Assembly (NCBI GenBank): GCA_026770705.1
Contig: JANJGN010000005.1
Coordinates: 87,916,001 to 87,980,000 of the forward strand
Direction of reading: 5' to 3'
DNA length: 64,000 nucleotides
Origin: Isurus oxyrinchus
Taxonomy: Eukaryota
The notes beneath the pieces are model-generated. The model did no database searches. It was not told the DNA's origin and saw only the letters and a program-made list of their open reading frames with translations. Both the position numbers and the translations under genes were made by a program. Of the stretch, positions 40,549 through 53,122 are shown one piece after another; the first letter of the stretch is position 1, and each line of letters starts with the position of its first letter.

Positions 40549-41349
40549 TAACAATTATTTGCTTTTACCTATGTATATCTTAATGTGTATTCTCACCCTG
40601 ACTCTGGCTATGAGAAACAGCAACAAACCCCTCAAATTTTACATTTCTGTGCTGCTCTCTGGACAGGAACAACACAGCACCTTCCCATAATCTGTGACTG
40701 GCTAAACCAAAAAGAACACAGGAAAGAAACATGTAAGGAGATGAATGTGGAAACAGAAGTTGTGAGCTTCTTGTAATCCATATGCTAACAGTGTGTATTG
40801 TAAGTGAAACTTAAGTGTTGGATTCAAAGTGATATGGGAGCTGAGTTATTCAACTTTAATTAGAATTTTTGAATTATTTGTGGATTTTTCCACAAATATT
40901 AATATAATATAATATAATATAAATGTAATGCAATTTTTGAGATGGGACCAATTATGAATTTTAGTTTTTTGAACATTGTCTTCTACTACCTTTATTTTTT
41001 GTAAGAAATTTTGCAGGAGTCTTTATCTTTAAGAATATCATACATATGTTTTCTTAATGGCTTCATAAATATGAACGGTTATTAGAAAAAGTTACCTATA
41101 TTGCATATGTAATTCAAACTGGTACACAATACATAGCACACATTATTTATTAACTCAGCCTCCACGTAAAAATTAATAGAAAATCAAGATGAGTGGACAA
41201 TCATGAAAGCTAAGTTCTTGTGATCTGTTTTTAAATTTCTTTTATTTTGTTCGTTCCCTTCCTTTCTAAAGATAGTAAGCCATGGTGGGGTTCATTCCAT
41301 GGGTGAGAGTTCAGCCCCACCCTCTATTCTTTTAGTTGTGCATGTCACC

Positions 41350-42860
41350 TTGCTATTTAAGAAAGATTAGAGAAGGAAGCCAAAGACTCATAGATCTATT
41401 GGTGTCAACTTATTGTCCAAAAATTGCTATAGTCTACTATTAAGGAAGAAGTGACTGAACACCTTAAAAATTTCCAGCTCCTCATTGAGAGCCATGACGG
41501 ATTTATTTAAAAAGGTTTGATCATGCCTGATGAACCTGCTTGAATTTTTTCAAAGAGGTGACTAAAATATTGGACAAGGAACTGTCTTTCAATGTTATTT
41601 ACATGGACTTTGAGAAGGCATCCGATAAGGTCCCTCATAAGAGAGTGTTAGCTAAAGTTGACGGTCCTGAAATTGAGGGAAAATTATTGGCCTGGCCAGG
41701 AGAGTAGCTAAGCAGCAGGAGACAGAGTATGGATCAAGGTGCTCTAATTGGCAGCATGTGACTAGTGACGTCCCACAGGGATCCTTGATGGGCCCTCAAC
41801 AATTCACCATCTTCAATAATAATTTAGATGACAGGTTGGAGAACCACATATTCATATTTGCTGATGCCACAAAGATAGGTGGCATTTTAGGCAATGTAAA
41901 TGGAACCATAAAATTGCAGAGAAATTGATGAATTAAATGAATAGGCAAAACTGTGGCAAATGGATTTCAATATATGCAATTCTAAGGTTATCCACTTTGG
42001 ACTTAAAAATTATGGATCAGACTAATTTCTAAATGGTGAAAAGCTGGAAGCAGCAATGCCAAACGAGACATGGAGGTCCATATCCATAGATAAGTAAAAT
42101 GTCATAGTCAGGTCCAAAGAAAACAAAAAAAAACTAATGGCATGCTGGCCTTTGTATTTAGAGAACTTGAATGCAAGATGCTAGAAGTCACGTTACAGCT
42201 GTAAAGAGGCCTGATTAGACCATACCTGGAATATTTTGAGTAATTCTGGGCACCACCCCTTAGGCTATATGTATTGGCCTTGAAGGGAGTGTGGCGTCGA
42301 TTTACTAGAATGGCACCTGCACTCCAAGGGTTCATTTGTGAGGAGAGATTACACAGGTTGTATCTCTGGAATTTAGAAAATTAAGGGGTGATTTGATCAA
42401 AGTTTAATATTTTCACTTAACTAGTAAGGTAGATAGAGAGAAACTATTTTCAAGGACTGGGGACAAATTCTCGACCTTTCAGGAGTGAAGTTAGGAAACG
42501 CTTTTACCTGCAAAGGGTGACAGAAGTTTGGAACGGGAAAGTTTGAGGGAAAATTATTGGCCTGGTTAGGAGAGTAGCTGAGTGGTAGGGGACAGAGTAT
42601 GGATCATGGTGCTCTAATTGGCAGTATGTGACTAGTGGTGCCCCACAGGGATCCCTGATGGGCCCTCAACAATTCATCATCTTCAATAACAATTTAGGTT
42701 GATGCAGGGTCAGTTGTTAATTTAAAATCTGAGATTAGTTAAGGTATGTGGTGCAAATGCAGATATATGGAATTAGGTCATAGATCAACCGTGATCTCAT
42801 TGAATGGCTGAACAGGTTCAAAATTCTAAATGGCCTACTTCAGTCCCTGTGTTCCTTATG
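41350..42860 (+). mobile_element. CR1 LINE fragment with a 155-bp internal duplication
   Basis: YMDFEKASDKVPH, VPQGS, FADATK motifs; 41673-41827 is repeated at 42543-42697. Confidence 0.88.
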
Positions 42861-43803
42861 ACTATTTTTCATGTGTGTGCTTAATCTGTGAACACTGTTA
42901 TTCAACTGTAGGGCCATTGCAGCTGAACCTGCCCTTGAGGCGATGACCATGAATAAAGGATCATTAGATAGTGCTTAGAAGGAAGAATCCTGGCAGATAT
43001 TGTTCCTCCCTAGTTTAATGATGCCTGAGCTTGATGTAATGCCTGCACTGCCCTTTTTGATATCCAATAACTTGGCTTTGAGTTGCTTAAACCTGAAAAG
43101 TTGTAGTTCAGGCTTGTCCAACACTTCCACTCTTTGCTGCTTGTCCAATCACAGGCTGGTTTCTCTCTGCATTTGCTGGTGATAGGCTCATTAGCAGGGA
43201 GGACCCAACCTGTGATTGGATGAGCAGCTTTACAGCATTTTTCAAGTATAAATCAGTTGAATGTCCAACAAGTTTGGCATACTGCAATGCGATCCGGGAC
43301 TACGTGTTGGACAAGCCTGTTGTAGCCTATTTCACAGAACAAATATTGGGAATCAAGTGTAAATTTTTATTTGTCGTCTTTGTTTCAGTTTTTGCATTTG
43401 TGCTTTGTTTGCAGTGATTAACCTATTCTTGCTATGACCCCACTTGGAAGATTATTCTGTCCTCTTTCAGATGCTGATTGACTCAATGTGTGTTGCCAGG
43501 ATTTTCTGGTTATATTTCAGATCCAAATCATGTACTGCTCAGTTCATATCTGAGTTTTAGGGTGAGGAAAAGCAAATCACTTGTTACAGATAAAGTCCCT
43601 GATACCTCCAGACAAAGGGCTGCACAAAGGCATTGGTAACGGCCTAAGAATAGTTTATGTAACGACTCCTGCAGTCGAAGCACTAGACCAAGAAAATAGA
43701 AAAAGTGGATAAAATATGCAAAAAAGGTGGAAACTAACAGACTGTCTGAAGTTTAATTTCTAAAAACAGGATAATAGGAGTATTCCTGTCGCTCTTGTTG
43801 CAG

Positions 43804-44023
43804 ATGGGAAAGCTGACATTTTGATGGTGAAAATTTTGGATTTGCATGAAGAATGTTCAATGTTTGTAGCTTTGTGTCAGCCGTTGGTAGAAACCTCCAC
43901 AGAGCAAGCTGTTGAAAATGATGGATGCACCAGTAAAACCCCACTCAAGGTTTTATTCACAAGAGAAACAGTGTCCTACCTTGGGATCTGTGCCGGAGAT
44001 ACTGTCCACATCTATCCACCATG
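43804..44023 (+). CDS. SPIDR: SPIDR next internal coding exon (220 bp)
   Basis: Acceptor ctcttgttgcAG, donor GTgagt. Joins in frame to 3456 (G|AT=Asp): DGKADILMVKILDLHEECSMFVALCQPLVE...LKVLFTRETVSYLGICAGDTVHIYPPW, matching recalled SPIDR VKILELHEECAM...LKVLFTKETAGYL...DTVRIFPPW. Confidence 0.95.
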
Positions 44024-45559
44024 GTGAGTGCCATATATCCTTCCACAAATGTAAGTTGGTTCAATTGTTTATTGAACAAAATATTAACTTTAAATAAATC
44101 TATCACAATTTATATTGTATAATAATGTTGTTAAGGATCAAATAAGAGTTGTTTTGAAAGTAAAATGCCCTGCAACTAAATAATGGATGTCACAGTGGAT
44201 ATAAGTCCTGAACTGATGTGCTGTGAATTATTGTCTGCCTTGATAACGGATTTGTCAAAGTTTTGTTGAAATATTGTTCTTAAGATTGCACTGCCCTGGT
44301 GTCGTCTTATATTTTATTTAGATGCAGCAGTTTGACTCCCTTCTGTGCAAATTGCAATTGGTTAAAGGAAAACATATTTTTGCCACAAATTGTGACTATT
44401 CTTTCACAATGCAGTGTATTGATGGGTAAAGCTCCTAAAACAAAGTTGTGCAATTGTGACTGAAGTGGTCTTATGATTGAGTGTTCGTCTACTGCAACTC
44501 AGTAGGCTGCGTTAGCTAAGCTTTGTGATGTTGATGATGCCTTTCCATAATTTCCCTCGTCAACTCCTGCATGTGTGTACTTGCATAGGTGGTTGGAAAG
44601 TAAAAATTTATCATGAATCTGCAGCTTTACATTAAAGGGATATTTGTAGTGATAGTAGAAAAGCAATTGTTTAGAAAGACATAAGGAAGAAATGTGAAGA
44701 AAAGTACATCTCCTGATGCATGAAAATTAGAGGTCATGCTACAGGAAGTGGCTGAAATTTCGGGCTAAAGGCCACTTTCCATTAGAAACTCAAGTGCAAG
44801 TTACATGAAGGATACCAAGTCAACGCAGTCACCTAAATCACTTATAGCTGGCTACAATTGAGAATTTTTTTTTGTTATTGTGAGAAAGGCAAAAGCAAGT
44901 GTACTCATTTTAAGGCACATTTCTATCAACTATGACACAAACCTAATTTGCACCTCTGGTAAGCACTCTTTAAGGAGCTAAGGGCCTGGATTTTATGTTG
45001 CCAAGTGTGGCACGTTGTTCTGCTCTGACCAAAAATTTGGTGTGATGACGTCAGTTGCCAACTGATATACAACCGATGGTACAGAAGGCGTGTGGGCGCC
45101 GAAATTGGCAGCCCATCACCGTTTTTTTAAAAACTAATTAACAAACAATTCGGCTTCACAAAGCAATCTACTGAGATTTTTTGTGGCCCATTCTATTTTT
45201 CACATGGGGAAATTTTGGGAGCGAGTTATGCAAGGTAAGAGGAGGCAGTACAAGGGTGGATAAAAAGGGCAACGAGCAGACTGTGGCTGAGTTTAGCAGA
45301 AGAGTCTGCTAATGCAGATGGGTGTGTTTGCAAGTGATTTTCCTTCATGGATTTATTTCTCTGAGCTGTTCATAAGGAGAGAGGGGGCCCACAGATATTG
45401 AGAAGTAGAGGGGGAGAAGAAGACTGAAGAGGGAAGCTCTGCAGGGACAGGTGTGCTTTGTCGTCTAGGTAGGTGAGGGATCAGCTACTGCGCAAGAGCT
45501 TGTTGCCAAGAGAGGCAACAGCAGCAGGCACCCAGAGATAGGGAATGATATTATCCTGC

Positions 45560-46330
45560 TGGCAGAGTGTATGGGCTAAGGATGACACCTGCAGATGACA
45601 GAGCGCCAGTGCCTGCGAAGACTGTGTCTCCCCAGGGAGACAATCATATCACTGTGTAACATGTTGGCTGGGGAGATGGCTTCCAATTGGTGGCCACCCA
45701 ATGCCTGCTGCTTTAAAGCTAACAGTGGCGTTGAATTTTTTTTGATCCGGGTGCTTACAGGCATCAGCCATTGTGGAATCTTGCAATCATCACATTCAGC
45801 GCAGACAACATCAGTCAAGCCGAAAGAGCCAGAGGCTTTGCAAGCATTGCTGGATTCCCCAAAGTGCAAAGGGTTATGGATTGCACCTATGTGGCCATGA
45901 AAGCACCATCGGGGCAGCCAGGGGCCTTTGTCAGCAGAAAAGGATTCCATTCAATCAATGTCCAACTTGTTTGTGACCATAACAGAGGATAATACAGGTG
46001 TGTGTCCACCATCCTGGGAATAGTCATGAATTCTACATACTTAGGCACTCCCAGTTGCTAGGGATGCTCTGTCCACCAGACCCTTTGGATGGCTAGCTTC
46101 TGGGGGACGAGGGATACCTGCTGAAGAGATTGTTCATGACCCCGGTGCAAAGAGAGCCATGCATCTATCAGGGCAATCATCAAGCAGACCATTGGTGTGT
46201 TCAAAATGAAATTTAGGTGTTTGGACTGTGCAGGTGGGAACTCTGCAATATTCTCCTGATCATGTATCACTCATTGCTGTCATCATCTGTTATGTCTTAC
46301 ACAACCTGGCACTCCAAAGAGGGGAGGCCC
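45560..46330 (+). pseudogene. Harbinger (HARBI1-like) DDE transposase, frameshifted
   Basis: MTERQCLRRLCL, GFASIAGFPKVQRVMDCTYVAMKAP...FVSRKGFHSINVQLVCDHN, PGNSH, LLGDEGY, IKQTIGVFKMKFRCLD, C.VLHNLA. Confidence 0.88.
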
Positions 46331-46799
46331 TAGCAGAGGATGGTGTAGTGGGGTGAGCCACATCCTCAGATGAGGAGTCTGAGGACAGTCTTTTGATGAG
46401 GGGAGGTGAGCTATGCCAGCCAGCTAAGGAAACCAGTGGACAGGAGGCTTGCCAAAGAGACAGGACTCTCTTATTATGTGAAGATTTAACTAGTCTTGTG
46501 TATTTGCTCAACAATAACATCTTTGCCATACTACTCTCTTGGTATCTCCTGTGCATCAATGGCTGGGCTGGGCATGTTCCAGTGGTGAAACATCAAATGA
46601 GGCTGTTCAGAGGGGCCCACATGAGCACAGACTCCCCAGATAGCAGTCACTCAATTGAGATCCAAATCAGGACAACACACATGAAGCCAGAGCAGCAAGA
46701 AAACACAATAAACATTTAATACATAATAAAAGCAAAATATTAACAAACCAAATCACCTTTCTGAACCCATTTGTGACTACTGTGTTTTCTTAAATCTTT

Positions 46800-48230
46800 T
46801 ATGGGTACTAGGGCATCATGCTCCTCCCCTCGCTGCCTGCTGTGCTGGAGATAGGTTGCTGACTTGTGTCCTTGCCGAGGCTGACTTTAGTGGCCATCTT
46901 CTGGTTGCCAGAGGCTGTGTTGGCCCCAGCATTGTGGACGTCTCCTGGACAGTGGCAGGAGCCTTATCTGTCACCACGGCACTCTGAGGCATTAGTGTCA
47001 TTGGCAGAGGGGTGGAGGAGAAGCTGTCCCCATCAGGAACACATTGAGAGGTGCCCCTGATGGTGAAAGCAGTTGCTTAACCGCCACCATGAGCTCTCCC
47101 TACTTTCCTGAGAGGAGCTAGAATGAACCTATCTTGGATGCGACTGCAGGCGCCTCCTCCGCCTCTCACCTTGGCTCTCAGCACTGGAGCCCAAATACAA
47201 GGTAATGGAATGCAGGACAGCGTGCATACACAGTATCCCATCAGTAAGCTGCTGGGGTTGGCCCTCTATGACAGTCGCCAGTCTCTCAATGAAGAAATCC
47301 AAGTATTCTGAACAGCAAGAGATTGCAGTGCTTATAGCCTGGATGGACTCCTCCACTGTTTATGCTAGTGCGCTCAACCCCTCTGGAAGCCCTGCCACAA
47401 CTCCACATACCTCCTGCTGCATGTCCAGCATCTGCTTCCTGACTGATGACTCCAGAGGCTTGTCATCAGCCTGAGGCTCAGCATCTAGGTCATTCCAGCA
47501 CTCCCCCGAGTGTCAGAGACCTGTACTATCTCAGTCTCTGAAAGCTGATCTGGCAACTGTGATGTGCTCACACCAGTGTGGATACCTTTCAGCCGACTCA
47601 CTCATACCCACCAGGGTGCGTGTATTTGTGCTGGTGGTGGGTGCTTTGTAAGTATATGACAGTGCACCCTCTGAGGCTTTGTTGTCCTCCTCAGAGATTA
47701 ACGTTGACCTCTCAGGGTTGGTAGCTGCAGCTGCCAAGGTTTCACCTGTGGTGGAAAGAAATACGGATTATGAAGGGCACTATCATTTGACTTTACAGAT
47801 ACATAACTTCCTACACATGAACAGACTCACCATTGGGAGATGGTAGCCAGCGTTTAAATCTCAGCCCCTTCAAGATTGAGACACAAATTTCTCCCCAAAT
47901 TCTGCAAGTCGCCGAATTCACATATGTCAATACTCCTTCCGTGCCCCCTTTCCCTGCTTTACCCCCATCCCCATTCAGCGCAATCTTTTCAGGAAAAAGA
48001 TATAGGCCTATGAAATCTCACCATCCCAGGCCTGATCTCCAACCTCTTCATGGCCAGTAGAGCTACACCGTTAATTGTTTGCCAGCTGCAGCACTTCCTC
48101 CTCCACAGGGGTGAAAATGGCAAGGTTTTGCACTTCTCCTCCTGCCCTTACTCTCTCCCGGGCATTATGTGCCCTCTTTTGTGAAGAAAAAGGGACATTG
48201 TCATGAATTTTATACATTTATTTTTGTGCT
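46800..48230 (-). pseudogene. Harbinger accessory (Myb/SANT-like DNA-binding) gene remnant
   Basis: The minus-strand segment near 48070-48190 reads like KR.HN..ER..GGG...T..EE; a coiled-coil-like MEESIQAISTAIS...IERLATVIE lies downstream; convergent with the transposase. Confidence 0.5.
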
Positions 48231-51200
48231 TAACATGTCCATTGTCTGCGGCCAATGCTTCGCAATGACTCTTGCAAACTAACAGGCATTGGACTTCCGA
48301 ATCACCCCTGCAGCTCCCCCACCCCCCCCCCCCCCCACCCCCCCCCCCCCCCCCCCCCCCACCTCCCCCGAATCCCCAGTGTCGTCTTCTTCGTGCCACC
48401 TTCTGCATTTAGCTCAGACACTTGCCAATCCCACACCTGACACACATCACACCCTCCCACACTAGTGCATCTGCAAAATTGTTGGACATTTGCATTAGCC
48501 AATCATAAGAGGCCATTCAGCCTCTTACTGCACTATAACTAAGCCTTTTGGATGATCCCAGAGCTGCTGATCTTTTCTGCAACCTCTATCCAGGCTGCTT
48601 TGGTCCAGCGAGGAGGTCTCTTACCATTGCTTGACATGAGGACATCCTGCAGATCATTAACAGTCAGGCGCAGGAGTCACAGGGAATCATGATTGAACCA
48701 TGGGGCTGTAGTTGCTCTGGGCGTCTCCATTTGCTCTGCCTCCATTCTTTGTTGCAGTTGAGAATGTGACGGTGCTTCAAACTGTGCAAGTTGAGCTTCG
48801 TCCTCTGTGGAAAGACAAACAGAATTAAAAGGTCGAATTTGAATCTTTATCAGAACGTTTGTTATTCAGAAGGAAAATGGAAAAAGGTTTGCTCAAATGT
48901 TCTTTCCTCCCTGGGAAGGGTCCTGAATGAGACACTGCTGGCACAAAGTCACCAAAATGGAAAAACACTTTCTTACCTGCTCTGCTTCTGCTTTAGTTGT
49001 GTCAGCATCACGTACTAATTAATCCACATTGTTGCTCCAGTTATTCATTGTATTTAATGGTCCTCTTTCTATTTTCTCTTTCAAATCAGGTTTTCCTCGG
49101 CAGCCGCCACCAACCCAAGCCAGGGTCCTTTAAATGGTTGGCTGTGACCGGCTCCCAGGTCACAGACTCACCCATCTGCTGCCAGACATCTGCCCCATAA
49201 AGCCTGATTGGGTGGGGTGCTCACCTTTTCCTGTGCTAGTTGGTCGTCTTCCTGCTGGGCGGCCACTAATTGGCTGAGACACGCATTATTTGGTGTGAAG
49301 AAACAGTGGGGCCAGGAGTCGGTTGGCTGCGCACTTCCAGGTCAGCCTCCTTCAGACTGTCAGAAAATGTAAAATCCAGCCCCATGTGTCCAAACCGGTA
49401 AATGGACCACATGATTTCCTGAGAATGAGAGGCCTGATGGATAGTAAATCCAAATATCCCCTTGTGCAAGAATCCAAGCCTGTGCCCAAAAAAAATCCAA
49501 GATCCTCTTCTACATGCTAAAAGATACCCCACATGTAAAAATATTACATCCCTCACCACTATAAATCATAAGACAGCTGTATTGTGAATTTCTCTTCTGT
49601 TCCAGGTGTTTATCCCCATTGTTCTAAAATTATGACATTCCAATATTACAACATTATGACACAGCAAGTAAGTGAGATTACAAAAGTATCTGCCAAAAGC
49701 TGTTTTTATTATATAATTGCTAACAAATCTATTAGGGCATTGTTCATGGTGTGTTGGAGGACACACTCTTTTATGAAGGAAAATAAGTTATGCCATGCAA
49801 CATATGATACATCATTCCTGATTTACAGAACTGAATAAATGAGATTGCATTTTTATTATAAGATTTGTATTTACATTGTGGGAGTTGGTTGAATTTCCAG
49901 ATGTACACTTTTCTTTCCCCCACTCTGAAAAATTTAAATCGGTGACCTGACTATTGATACATACTCCTTTGTTTATGCACTAATTTTTGATTTGTCACAT
50001 TCTTTGAAGCCTAGAAGACAAAACAAACTGTACAGAATGGAGTCAAATTTGAAAAGGTTGATTCACATCAAATTTATGATGAGCTTTATTTTAAATTTTG
50101 GCGAAACCAAAGTCACTAATTATCTCACCTGCCCTTAATTAGGTGGCTAGAAAATGTAAACTTTCTGTTGGGCTTTGTGTAGACCTCGTTCTCCTGAATG
50201 CAGCTGGCTATGGTTCAAGGCAACACAATATTGCAGAGGGAGCTGCAACCAGGTGTCAAGTCCCTTAACTGAATATGCAGAGGGCCTATTACCTGCTTCT
50301 GGCATTGGCTCTGGATGTATACTTTTTTTGGCTACACCAATATGGTGGGCAGTGCACTTGTGGTTCTTAATGAATGTGTTTGTCGCTCACCATATTGGAG
50401 GCTTGGAGGATTTTTAGCACCCATAACGGATGCTGCATGATCGAATTTCTAGGCCACTGTATTGTCACCTAAAGGTCAGATTGTGCACCAATAGAGTTAA
50501 AGGTTTATGTTGGTGGTTTCTACTTCAAATATAGCATAGGAATTAATAAAAGTAAATTTGAAATGAAAAGGTGACAACAAAAGGTAATTTAAAAAAAACA
50601 GATTTTAAAGACAGGAAGAGCAGCGCACAAATGTAAAATTTTATTTTAACAAAATGAGATAGCTAGGAAAATACTAGTAAAGTTTGCTAAATTTTAGATT
50701 GCATTTTTTGCTATATCATACCGGACTTGCATTACAATTAAGCTAAAATATTTAAGTAGAATAGAATTTCGTGGAAAGAATAGGGGAGACAAAGCAATGT
50801 AGAAGTAATTATTTTAATATAGACATCAATATTAGTAATAAACATATTCCTGATATCTCAATAACATTACTAAAATACAACCCCCCTCTTCTTAATTCAG
50901 TCACTTATTCACACTATCCGATTCAATATGTTTAGTCCTAAATTCCTGCATGATTACATTTTGCTTACCTCAATTCAAACTATTAAATAGTTCAGTTTTT
51001 ATTAGCGCAAACAAGGAATTATATTGTCCTCCAGTATAGTTTATTTCAGATAAGTTGACTTTTAAAGAACCCAGTATGCGCAGAACCTTTGCCATTGTTG
51101 GCAATATAAGGGCCAAATTAAGTTCATTTTACTCTTCTTTTGGGTCTTCACTCTGTCTAGTAAGTTGAGAATCTAGAGCAGTGCTTAGTTTTATGCATTT

Positions 51201-52992
51201 TAGTTTGCATTAAGCTTGTCCAGACATAAGCTTAGGAAATTCCATTCATTCCATCAAGACGGGTTGGATGGGAGAGTCCACCAATAATTCAGCCAATAGC
51301 TCTTCTTGAAGATTGAACTGACTGATTATCTCTTAATGGTACAGCATGTTCCCTGTCTATACAATTTCTCTGAATGACTAGAAAAGAGAGAAATATATAC
51401 CCAGCCAGTGTCTAAATTACATTATGTATGTACAAACAACCTTCTATCCATGTTCCTCTCACTTGGAATGTATCTTTTCAGGTTGTTATCTTTTATCTAT
51501 TTCACATTGTATTTTATCAGTATAGCAGATGAGTTGGCAAGAGAAAGGAATGTAATGACTATCTACACAAATATAGTACCAACGATGATCTGAGTGTCAA
51601 CTTGCAGTAACTACATGTAACTGCTGGTAGAAATTTGTGAATGCTGTTCTGATTAGTTATGTACCAAGCATACCATGGTTAGATGCCTCCATGCCAGCTT
51701 TATGCTGAAAAAAGATAATTTGCATTTATATTGGACTTTTAATGTATAAATTATCCCAAAGCTCTTGCAGAGGGGAAAGTGAAAAATAAATGGGGTGAGT
51801 AATAGGATGAGTGATCAAAGGTTTCGTTGAAAAGGCTTTTAAGAACAGAATGGGAGGTGGTAAGTTTAGTGAGGGAGTTGTAAAGAATAGGGCAAAAACA
51901 GCTGAAGACTTCATCACAAATGCTGAGGCAAAAGGGGAGCAGATTTTTCAAGATCTCCCAATTGGAGGACCAAATGCAGTAGGAGAGGATCCAAGGATCT
52001 GGACTGAACCTGACTGGTTGACTCTTGTGACATTGCACAAATTCATTACCGAAGTGCCAAATTAAGATCCCTTCCAATGCTGGCACAAATATCAAGCCCC
52101 CTCAGTCACAAAAAAGCTATTCATCTTAACACCCCTAATATCTTAAATTGCATAAATTTCGCACCTTCCTAATTTTGAGGTTTTCTTCAGCTGCTTGAAA
52201 CTTGTGGTTTGTCATTTTTTCCATGGTTGTGATCTAGCATAGCTATCACAGTTCACTCTTGTTCTACAGGAGCAGGCTGAGAATTTTAACACACACAATG
52301 CACCTCCCGCACACTGTATTTACCACCAGGAGCTGAATGTTCCTTGACAAGTTCATGGTTCTTATGTGATGTAGATGTTGTGAAGCTGGATACTATAGTT
52401 CCACAGGAGCAAGATAAAAAGAACTCCAAAAAAAAAGCATCTTTCTCTGAACTATCAATCATTCACATTTCACTCTGACAGAATTTTGTAAGGCTTGTTC
52501 ATGTGTCAGTAATTGGTCCTATAAATTGATGCTTCCATAGCTTGGATTGTTGTTTGCTTCAAGTTACCCTAGAATATCCAAAAAATTGTTACGTGCTGAT
52601 GTAGAGTTCAGTCAATTGTGACGTTTGAATGCGATTTAGTGGTTCCTGAAGAATTTCTGCTAGGGGTTTGACAGCCTGGTAAGGGATTAAAATTCTTTCT
52701 GTGCATTGTAATACTGTTAGATGCTTTTTTCTTAACATAGAATATACTGTATAAACTGGATTACAATGGCATTTATGCTCCACATAAGCCTCCTTCCAAC
52801 ACTACTTCATCTACCCCAATCTTTTGATCCTTCTACTCCTTTCTCCTCATGAAGCTTTCTCATAAAAAAACCTTTGCTATTAAATTCAACTACTTTGTGT
52901 TGCAAGTTCCACATTCTAACCATTCTGGGCAAAGTGGTTTCTCCTCAATTCTTTATTGGATTTATTAGTGACTACCTTATATTTATGAACTA

Positions 52993-53122
52993 ATACAAGA
53001 GCAAAGTACCCTGGAAATCTAAAATAAAAACAGAAAATGCTGAAAACATTCAGCAGGTCTGGTAGCATCTATGGGGAGAGAAGCCGAGTTAATGTTTCAG
53101 GTTGGTGATCCTTCATCAGAAC
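52993..53122 (-). mobile_element. Penelope-terminal-repeat mini-element with hammerhead core
   Basis: Minus strand GTT-CTGATGA-AGG-atcaccaa-CCT-GAAA-CATT-AAC followed by the family body; inserted in a degenerate CR1. Confidence 0.8.

Larger units (their letters stand above)
3457..43803 (+). other. SPIDR: SPIDR intron, ~40.3 kb, GT...AG
   Basis: Bounded by phase-compatible canonical splice sites of the two exons; filled with TE relics. Confidence 0.85.
44982..49383. mobile_element. PIF/Harbinger DNA transposon, degenerate, with convergent transposase and Myb/SANT-like gene
   Basis: 14-bp TIR GGGCCTGGATTTTA (44982) / TAAAATCCAGCCCC (49370-49383), 13/14 match; contains DDE transposase motifs. 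TSD not clean. Confidence 0.75.

Noticed and set aside
45560-46330. Domesticated HARBI1 gene
   Set aside because: Frameshifts, stops and flanking TIRs indicate a dead transposon copy.
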